A DNA stretch of 58,641 nt, taken from assembly GCA_030550295.1 (NCBI GenBank), contig JAUQPQ010000002.1, positions 1 through 58,641 on the forward strand. The letters are read 5' to 3'. Made by a program: the position numbers and the translations under genes. Shown in pieces: positions 1-6,085 of this stretch. How positions within the stretch are numbered: position 1 is the stretch's first letter; every line of letters begins with the position of its first letter. The notes under the pieces are model-generated. The model was not told where the DNA came from and ran no database searches. It saw only the letters and a program-made list of their open reading frames with translations. The DNA comes from Chloroflexota bacterium. GTDB taxonomy: Bacteria; Chloroflexota; Dehalococcoidia; SM23-28-2; HRBIN24.

Positions 1-132
1 GTTTTCTACTTCGAGCATGAAGGAAACGTTGCCTATAAAGGAGAACCCTTTACCGAAACACCCTCCAATGAGGGCGATCTCGGACGGATTGGCTTCGGAT
101 GCGTCGTCATCGGTAGGTGGGACTATGTCTGA
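1..132 (+). CDS. cmr3: Cmr3-like type III-B RAMP protein, C-terminal fragment (5' end lies outside the window)
   Basis: Frame 1 is open from base 1 to TGA 130-132 (VFYFEHEGNVAYKGEPFTETPSNEGDLGRIGFGCVVIGRWDYV*). It has a Gly-rich GFG tail and sits directly upstream of cmr4-cmr5-cmr6. It is absent from the ORF track because there is no start codon inside the window. Confidence 0.4.
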   Translation, partial: VFYFEHEGNVAYKGEPFTETPSNEGDLGRIGFGCVVIGRWDYV

Positions 133-145
133 AGGAGGTGGTCCT

Positions 146-1075
146 ATGTTTGACAGAGCTGCCATAATTTACCTTTACGTGGAGACGCCCCTACATGCCG
201 GCAGTGGCACCAGCCTGGGCATCGTGGACCTCCCCATCCAGCGAGAACGCACGACAGGTTATCCGATCGTGCAGGCCTCGGGCCTAAAAGGTTGCCTGCG
301 AGATGCGGTAAGTAACATGAAGCCCCAGAAGGTGGAGCTCGTCTTTGGTCCGGACACCCAGCGGGCTTCTGAGCATGCGGGGGCGATCTCCGTCGGCGAT
401 GCCCGTATCCTGCTCTTTCCCGTTCGTTCCCTCTCGGGCGTCTTTGCCTGGGTTACCAGCAAGGACGTGCTGGCTCGCTTTCGGCGCGACGCCCAGATGG
501 CAGGCGTGTCCTTAAATTGGACGGAGACCGGCCCCGAGACAGATGGGGAAGCGCTGGTGAGTTCGAAAAAGGCTCTCGTCAAAGATGACTGCATCGTGCT
601 GGAAGAATTTTCCTTTAAAGCGAAGGAGCATACCACTGCAAAGGAAATCGCGGAATGGCTAGCCCAAAATGCCCTGCCCGCCTGTGAGGAGTACGACTAC
701 TGGCGGAAAGCCTTGCCCCAGCGCCTCGTCATCTTGCCGGAAAACGCCTTTCGCGACTTTACGCTGTTTTCTACCGAGGTGGTCAGCCGCATTCGCCTGG
801 ATGACGAAACAAAGACGGTGGCCCGCGGCGCCCTCTGGTCAGAAGAGCACCTCCCCTCCGACACCCTCCTGTACGCCTTGCTCTTTGCCAGCAAGCCGCG
901 GGCGAACAGCCCGCCGTCTGATCTTCAGGATGCGGCTTCAGTGCTGAAGTTTGTCACAGATCGTATAGACGGCAAGCGGCTACAGCTGGGCGGCGATGCC
1001 ACAGTAGGACGCGGTTTCGTAAAAGTCCGTATCTCGGAGGGTAGCCATGGAGCGGTCGCTTCAAAAAACCCTTGA
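146..1075 (+). CDS. cmr4: Cmr4, type III-B backbone RAMP subunit (target-RNA cleaving)
   Basis: ORF 17-1075 trimmed to ATG 146, which is preceded by GAAGGAGG at 131-138. RAMP hallmarks: YLYVETPLHAGSGTSLGIVDLPIQRE (conserved Asp), ASGLKGCLR, and a C-terminal G-rich loop LGGDATVGRGFV. Confidence 0.85.
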   Translation: MFDRAAIIYLYVETPLHAGSGTSLGIVDLPIQRERTTGYPIVQASGLKGCLRDAVSNMKPQKVELVFGPDTQRASEHAGAISVGDARILLFPVRSLSGVFAWVTSKDVLARFRRDAQMAGVSLNWTETGPETDGEALVSSKKALVKDDCIVLEEFSFKAKEHTTAKEIAEWLAQNALPACEEYDYWRKALPQRLVILPENAFRDFTLFSTEVVSRIRLDDETKTVARGALWSEEHLPSDTLLYALLFASKPRANSPPSDLQDAASVLKFVTDRIDGKRLQLGGDATVGRGFVKVRISEGSHGAVASKNP

Positions 1076-1451
1076 GCAGCGACGGGCAGAACAGGCCTGG
1101 AAGGACATACAAAGTGTGCTTGAGAAGGATGAAAGTTTTAAAAAGAAATACGGAAGCCTTGCCCGCAAAGTGCCCATGCTGGTGCTGACCAACGGCCTGG
1201 GGCAAACGCTGGCGTTTTTACGGGCCAAGGGTGAAAAAGGCGCCCAAAACAACGAGTACGAAATCCTGTTTCAGCATCTATCGGCGTGGACGATGAGCCA
1301 GGTCGCCCCTGAGGCAGCTAACAAAGACCTGCTTAACTGGATACTCAAAAATGACAGCGTCTCTTACCGCTGGGCCACCGCCGAGGCGCTCGCCTATCTT
1401 GTCTGGCTCAAGCGCTTTGCCGAAGCAGAACTGCCGACGGAGGAGGAATAG
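1047..1451 (+). CDS. cmr5: Cmr5, type III-B small subunit
   Basis: 134-aa helical protein with LVLTNGLGQTLAFLRAKG, lying between cmr4 and cmr6. GGAGGG sits 5 nt upstream of ATG 1047. It overlaps the cmr4 end by 29 nt. Confidence 0.8.
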   Translation: MERSLQKTLEQRRAEQAWKDIQSVLEKDESFKKKYGSLARKVPMLVLTNGLGQTLAFLRAKGEKGAQNNEYEILFQHLSAWTMSQVAPEAANKDLLNWILKNDSVSYRWATAEALAYLVWLKRFAEAELPTEEE

Positions 1452-1454
1452 GCG

Positions 1455-2627
1455 ATGGGGCCCAAGCCGTCACCCCAAGGAGGAAGGGGCGCCTCACCTC
1501 AACAGGGCGCCAGGCCATCCCCGTCTGGCCAAAATAAGTATCCCCTGCCGACAGATACCCAGGCTCTGGCCGGAATATACGCTAAGAATTGTCTCAACTA
1601 CGGCTTGCGCCTTGAAAAGTTCCTGCTGTGGCCGCGCAAGACTGGGGGGCTCCCAGAAAATGCAAAAAAGGATATACGGACCTTCCGACAATCGGGTGAG
1701 CTGGTGGCCATCCTGGATGCCTGTAAAGCCCGCTGGGAGGCCCTCCTTAATAGCTACCAGCAACGTGGTTATACGGTGAAGCGTTCTGCCATGAGCGCCG
1801 CCAGCCGCGTGATCGTCGGGTTGGGCGCTGAAAGCGTGTTGGAGACCAGCATTCGCTTACATCGCATTTACGGCTTCCCCATCATTCCGGCAAGTGCCCT
1901 TAAAGGGTTGGCAAGGTCGTATGCGAGACTCATAGAAGGTAAAGATCCGGACGATGAAGCCTTTATGGCTGTATTCGGAAAGCCGCCGCACAATGGCTGG
2001 GCGGGCAAAGTAATCTTCTTCGACGCCGTGCCTGCTAACTCAAATATAGAGTTGGAACTGGATGTGATGAATCCTCATTACGCTCCGTATTATCAAGGTA
2101 GTGCCCCTCCTGCGGATTATCATAACCCGGTGCCTATCTTTTTCCTCACCATTGCCCGGGGGAGTGAGTTTCTGTTTGCTGTGGCCTCAAAGGAAGAACC
2201 TCTCGCTCAGCAGGCTTGGGAGTGGCTCTGCAAGGGCCTGGAAGAAATGGGGATCGGCGCCAAGACCACATCTGGATATGGACTTTGGCAGGTAGCAAGC
2301 GAAATAGGAGAGCTAACTGAAGAGCCCAAAACAACATCTGGCCATGGACTTTGGCAAGGACCTCAAGGAACAACCGATAAGGAGCCACCGTTCTCGACCG
2401 AGCCGCCGCGTACGGGCCTCAAGGTATGGGCCGAAGTCGTAGATAATTCACAGAAGCCCATTAAGGTCCGACTTTTGCTAAAAGGCTACGAAGACGCCTC
2501 TCTTGAGTGCATGGGGGTGCGTAACCTATCTTCGTTTCCACCCGGGACTTATATTCTTGTGGAAATCACCCAAATGAGAGGCGGGCAGATCCAACAGGTG
2601 AGCCTTCGGGAGATACGGTGGCCATGA
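1455..2627 (+). CDS. cmr6: Cmr6, type III-B RAMP subunit with duplicated G-rich loop and about 110-aa C-terminal extension
   Basis: RAMP core GLGAESVLETSIRLHRIYGFPIIPASALKGLARS, plus HYAPYY and the G-rich loop GIGAKTTSGYGLW. A canonical Cmr6 would end near residue 280; here residues 281-390 are extra. Confidence 0.85.
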   Translation: MGPKPSPQGGRGASPQQGARPSPSGQNKYPLPTDTQALAGIYAKNCLNYGLRLEKFLLWPRKTGGLPENAKKDIRTFRQSGELVAILDACKARWEALLNSYQQRGYTVKRSAMSAASRVIVGLGAESVLETSIRLHRIYGFPIIPASALKGLARSYARLIEGKDPDDEAFMAVFGKPPHNGWAGKVIFFDAVPANSNIELELDVMNPHYAPYYQGSAPPADYHNPVPIFFLTIARGSEFLFAVASKEEPLAQQAWEWLCKGLEEMGIGAKTTSGYGLWQVASEIGELTEEPKTTSGHGLWQGPQGTTDKEPPFSTEPPRTGLKVWAEVVDNSQKPIKVRLLLKGYEDASLECMGVRNLSSFPPGTYILVEITQMRGGQIQQVSLREIRWP

Positions 2628-4144
2628 CCACCCTCCTGACCTTTCTGGGCACCGGATCCTATAAGGAAGTTACCTATGTCTGGCAGAAGGCGGAGGAAGA
2701 GAAGGTCTGTACCACGCATCTTTTCCCCAAAGCAGCCGCCGAATTCTTCCAGCCCGAGCGTGTCCTTCTTTGTGCAACCGATGAGGTGCGTACCGGCAAA
2801 GGGAAATCCCTTTTTGAAGAACTGACCCAAAGCCTGGGCAATGACCGCCAGGTACAGGTAGTGGAAATCCCTGAGGGCAAGTCTGAAGCGGAATTATGGG
2901 AGATCTTTGACCGCATCGTAAATGCGATCGCTGGGGGCGAAACGCTGATCCTGGACATCACCCACGCCTTTAGGTCCATCCCAGCGGTCGTGTTTGCCGT
3001 TGTTGCGTATCTCCGCCGTACAAAGGGCGTCCAGGTGGAGCGAATCGTCTATGGTGCGTACGAAGCCCGTCAACCTTTAAGGAGCCCACCCCAGCCAGAG
3101 GATCGGGCCCCCGTCTTCGACCTGACCCTCCTCCTGGATTTGATGGACTGGTTGTCGGGGGCCGAGGCCCTGCTCGACCGAGGTGACGCTGAAGTGTTGG
3201 CCCAGCGGATGGAGGAGACCCATCGCCGTCTTTGGAAAGGGCGGGCCGCTGAAGAGCTCCCCCAGAAGTTGCAGAACGTCGCCAATAAGCTTAAAAGCCT
3301 TTCCCAGGCCCTCCACCTGGCCCGGCCCGTGGACGTGCTACGCATCGCCCATGAGCTTCAGCCGCTGTTAGACATGGCCGGGGAGGAATTCCAGCGCTGG
3401 GCCAAGCCCTTCGCCGTCATCGTGAAAAAGATACAAGATGAGATTGCACCCCTTGCCTATAAACAGCCCAAGCATTTGGATGCTGAAAACCTCCGCAGGC
3501 AACTGGCCCTTATTGAGTACTGCCTGGGGAGACATCTGACCGTGCAGGCCGTCACCTTGGCCCGGGAGTGGCTCGTAAGCCGAGCGATCCTCGAGCAGGG
3601 GAAGGGAGACTGGCTGAATTTGGCCGAGCGGGAGGAGACGGAAAAAGCCCTTGGGGCGGCCGTTCAAAAGTGGTGCCGTGGCGATGACTCGGCCGCCATC
3701 CCGGCATGGCTGGAGGGCTGGTCCCTGGCCAAGGAGGTCGCCCAGACTTGGGACTGGCTGACGCAACTCCGGAACGACGTGGCCCACTGCGGCATGAAAG
3801 CTGGCGCCAGTTCGCAAGCAAACATCGCTCAAAAGGTTCAACAGATTCCCCACCACCTGCAGCCCTTACTTGATGGAGCGCCTAAAAGTGCCCTCTGGGG
3901 TGGGCGGGCCTTCATCGATCTGAAGGCCCTGTATGGGGAAGTAGCCAAACTGGACGATCTTCCCCTATACCTGGAACGGGCCCGGGAGCTGGCCGGCGAG
4001 GGTCAAGAGGTCGTCTTGACGGGCCAGGCACCCATCTGGCTCTATCTGGCCGTCGCCCATGCCCTCCACGGCAAGGCCCGTCGCCTGTGGTACGACTCGC
4101 CTGTGACAGGAGAGGTCCTCATCTTTGACCATTCGGCGAGATGA
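2618..4144 (+). CDS. csx1: CRISPR ancillary protein: Csx1-type CARF (DxTHG-like) + HEPN RNase fused to a C-terminal Csx3/Crn3-like domain
   Basis: N-terminal LLTFLGTGSY and LILDITHAFRS (nt 2954-2974). HEPN R-N-x3-H motif LRNDVAH (nt 3767-3787). C-terminal VVLTGQAPIWLYLAVAHALHGKARRLWYDSPVTGEVLIFDHS resembles the Csx3 signature. The start is GTG 2618 or ATG 2624; the latter forms an ATGA overlap with the cmr6 stop. Confidence 0.75.
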   Translation: MAMTTLLTFLGTGSYKEVTYVWQKAEEEKVCTTHLFPKAAAEFFQPERVLLCATDEVRTGKGKSLFEELTQSLGNDRQVQVVEIPEGKSEAELWEIFDRIVNAIAGGETLILDITHAFRSIPAVVFAVVAYLRRTKGVQVERIVYGAYEARQPLRSPPQPEDRAPVFDLTLLLDLMDWLSGAEALLDRGDAEVLAQRMEETHRRLWKGRAAEELPQKLQNVANKLKSLSQALHLARPVDVLRIAHELQPLLDMAGEEFQRWAKPFAVIVKKIQDEIAPLAYKQPKHLDAENLRRQLALIEYCLGRHLTVQAVTLAREWLVSRAILEQGKGDWLNLAEREETEKALGAAVQKWCRGDDSAAIPAWLEGWSLAKEVAQTWDWLTQLRNDVAHCGMKAGASSQANIAQKVQQIPHHLQPLLDGAPKSALWGGRAFIDLKALYGEVAKLDDLPLYLERARELAGEGQEVVLTGQAPIWLYLAVAHALHGKARRLWYDSPVTGEVLIFDHSAR

Positions 4145-4388
4145 AGGAGGCCGAGGGAACGAGAGCATGGAGTCACCCGCTTGGGTGCGAGGGATGGAGA
4201 AGGAGCCGCCGGCCAAGGAGGTGGAGGCACGTAAGCTGGTTCTGCCCCTCACTGCCAGGGTGCTGCGGCCCACAATCCCTGGACTCCATCGCCTTTCCAG
4301 CCAGCGAGTGGTCATGTTGTCCCCTACACTCCTATGAGCAGGTCGAGGAGGTGGCGGCTGGCCAGCTTCCCTATCTTTTCGGGTGCTT

Positions 4389-4465
4389 TGGCGCCCCCGG
4401 CAGGACTCGAACCCGCAGCCTCCTGGTCCGAAGCCAGGCGCTCTGTCCAGTTGAGCTACGGGGGC
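4389..4465 (-). tRNA. tRNA-Arg (anticodon TCG), CCA encoded
   Basis: The reverse complement folds as a cloverleaf: acceptor GCCCCCG/CGGGGGC, D arm GCTC..GAGC, anticodon stem CCTGG/CCAGG with loop CTTCGGA, T arm GCGGG-TTCGAGT-CCTGC, discriminator G + CCA. Confidence 0.9.
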
Positions 4466-4572
4466 GCCCGACCCTCAGGATAACACGCCACCAGACGCCC
4501 TGAAAGGGGCATTGTGAGGCCCCCATTTGCTATGTTCAAATAGTCAGGGGAATCCCCGGCCCATGGAAAGCT

Positions 4573-5931
4573 ATGACCACAGAGCAAGAGAGGGCGGCCA
4601 TCATCCAGCATGTGAAGGAGCTCTTGGGCGACGAGACGGCCCAAGTGGAGGAACTCTCCTTTCTCATCTCTTCCCTTCACCCTGCCGACCAGGTAGACCT
4701 TTGGCGACGCCTTCCCTCCTCCAAGAGGGAGACCTTTTTGGCCCTCCTCTCGGCTGAGGGGATGGCCAGATTCCTCCAACACCTCCCCGATGAAGATCGA
4801 GAAGAGCTCCTAGAGCGTATCCCTCGCGAGACCCTCGCCCTCGTCCTGGACCACATGGAGTCCGACGAGGCAGCAGATATCCTCCGCTCTCTTCCCCCAG
4901 CTGACGCCTCACGGGTGCTGGCCAACATGCGCACTGCCCTCCAGGTAGCACCCCTCCTTCACCATGCCGAGGGGACGGCAGGAAGCCTCATGACCCGCGG
5001 CTACCTCGCCCTCCACCCCGATATGACGGTAAGAGAGGCGATAGCCTTCATGCGCCTATACAGGCCCTTCGCCGATGAGCCCTACTACCTCTACGTCCTC
5101 GATGGGGCCAACCGCCTGCGGGGGGTGGTGAACCTGCGCCAGCTCATCATCGCCGAACCCGACACGCCCATAACAGAGCTTATGACCACCGATCTGGTCA
5201 CGGTGCGCCCTGGACAGGATCAGGAGGAGGTAGCCCGCCTCATCCGCCGCTACCGCCTGCGCGCCCTGCCTGTGGTGGACGAAGATGGCACCCTCTTGGG
5301 CATCGTCACCGCCGATGACGTCATCGACGTCATCACCGACGAGGACACGGAGGACATGTTCCGTATGGCAGGGGTAGGGGTGGAGGAGAGGGCCTTGAGC
5401 CCCCTTAAGGAGTCCCTACGTCGGCGAATTCCCCACCTTATGGTGAACCTGGTGACCGCCTTCATATCTGGCCTAACGGTGAGGGCTTTCGAGGGGACGG
5501 TGGCGCAAGCTGCCACCTTGGCCGTTTTTATGCCCATCGTAGCTGGCCATGGAGGTAATACGGGCACGCAGGTGGCTACTATCGTGGTGCGTTCCCTCGC
5601 CTTGGGCGAGGTGGGGCCTAAGGCCATGCCTCGCCTGGTAGCCAAGGAGATAGGGTTCGGGCTCATTCACGGGACGTTGGCCGGGGCCCTTACCGCTGCC
5701 CTGGCCCTGATCATCGCCCAGAACCTGTGGCTGGCCACCGTGGTCTTTGGGGCCATGATCGGCAACGTGTTGGTAGCTGGTATTACAGGGGTGATGATAC
5801 CCTTGCTCTTGCGCACCCTGCGCCTCGATCCCGCCCTAGCCTCATCTATATGGCTCACCACCTTCACCGATGTTATGGGCTTCCTCTTGCTGCTAGGGAC
5901 AGGGACCTTCCTTGCCCACAAGCTCTCCTAG
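4573..5931 (+). CDS. mgtE: Magnesium transporter MgtE
   Basis: 452 aa with an MgtE N-domain, a tandem CBS region (TVREAIAFM..., LPVVDEDGTLLGIVTADDVIDV) and a C-terminal membrane domain carrying AGHGGNTGTQ. Confidence 0.9.
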   Translation: MTTEQERAAIIQHVKELLGDETAQVEELSFLISSLHPADQVDLWRRLPSSKRETFLALLSAEGMARFLQHLPDEDREELLERIPRETLALVLDHMESDEAADILRSLPPADASRVLANMRTALQVAPLLHHAEGTAGSLMTRGYLALHPDMTVREAIAFMRLYRPFADEPYYLYVLDGANRLRGVVNLRQLIIAEPDTPITELMTTDLVTVRPGQDQEEVARLIRRYRLRALPVVDEDGTLLGIVTADDVIDVITDEDTEDMFRMAGVGVEERALSPLKESLRRRIPHLMVNLVTAFISGLTVRAFEGTVAQAATLAVFMPIVAGHGGNTGTQVATIVVRSLALGEVGPKAMPRLVAKEIGFGLIHGTLAGALTAALALIIAQNLWLATVVFGAMIGNVLVAGITGVMIPLLLRTLRLDPALASSIWLTTFTDVMGFLLLLGTGTFLAHKLS

Positions 5932-5935
5932 AGGG

Positions 5936-6012
5936 TGGGGTGGACGGCGGGATTCGAACCCGCGATCTCCAGGGCCACAGCCTGGCGCCTTCACCGCTTG
6001 GCCACGTCCACC
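5936..6012 (-). tRNA. tRNA-His (anticodon GTG) with encoded G-1 and CCA
   Basis: Reverse complement is GGTGGACGTGGCCAAGCGGTGAAGGCGCCAGGCTGTGGCCCTGGAGATCGCGGGTTCGAATCCCGCCGTCCACCCCA. It has an extra 5' G, anticodon loop CTGTGGC and discriminator C. Confidence 0.9.
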
Positions 6013-6015
6013 ACT

Positions 6016-6041
6016 GGGGTGGCCCCCATGGGGGCCACCCC
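6016..6041 (-). terminator. Perfect 26-bp GC-rich palindrome/hairpin between the repeat-protein gene and tRNA-His
   Basis: GGGGTGGCCCCCATGGGGGCCACCCC equals its own reverse complement. It lies 45 nt after the stop of the 700-aa gene and 3 nt before the tRNA-His 5' end. There is no U-tract. Confidence 0.4.
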
Positions 6042-6085
6042 ATCCTAAAGTCTAGAGCCCACCTATTAGCCCGTCAAGGCGAGCC

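Noticed and set aside
1-27. The window opens with GTTTTCTACTTCGAGCATGAAGGAAAC, which looks like a CRISPR repeat (GTTT...GAAAC).
   Set aside because: There is only a single copy and no spacer-repeat periodicity. It lies inside the open cmr3 reading frame (VFYFEHEGN), so it is most likely coincidence.
4125-4337. Small ORF downstream of the csx1/csx3 gene. An internal start gives MESPAWVRGMEKEPPAKEVEARKLVLPLTARVLRPTIPGLHRLSSQRVVMLSPTLL, which might be a tiny CRISPR accessory protein.
   Set aside because: I recognise no motif and the SD is only weak and badly spaced. The composition is typical of chance ORFs in GC-rich DNA, and several overlapping ORFs of similar size occur in other frames. It cannot be excluded without conservation data.
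4145-4572. Searched the region after the cas genes, and the rest of the window, for a CRISPR array or degenerate repeats.
   Set aside because: No regularly spaced direct repeats of 25-40 nt were seen. Only a 10-nt palindrome GCTGGCCAGC and short chance repeats were found.
4466-4572. Possible M-box riboswitch upstream of mgtE.
   Set aside because: Only 107 nt are available, and part of that must hold two divergent promoters. No conserved M-box-like helices were recognisable by eye.
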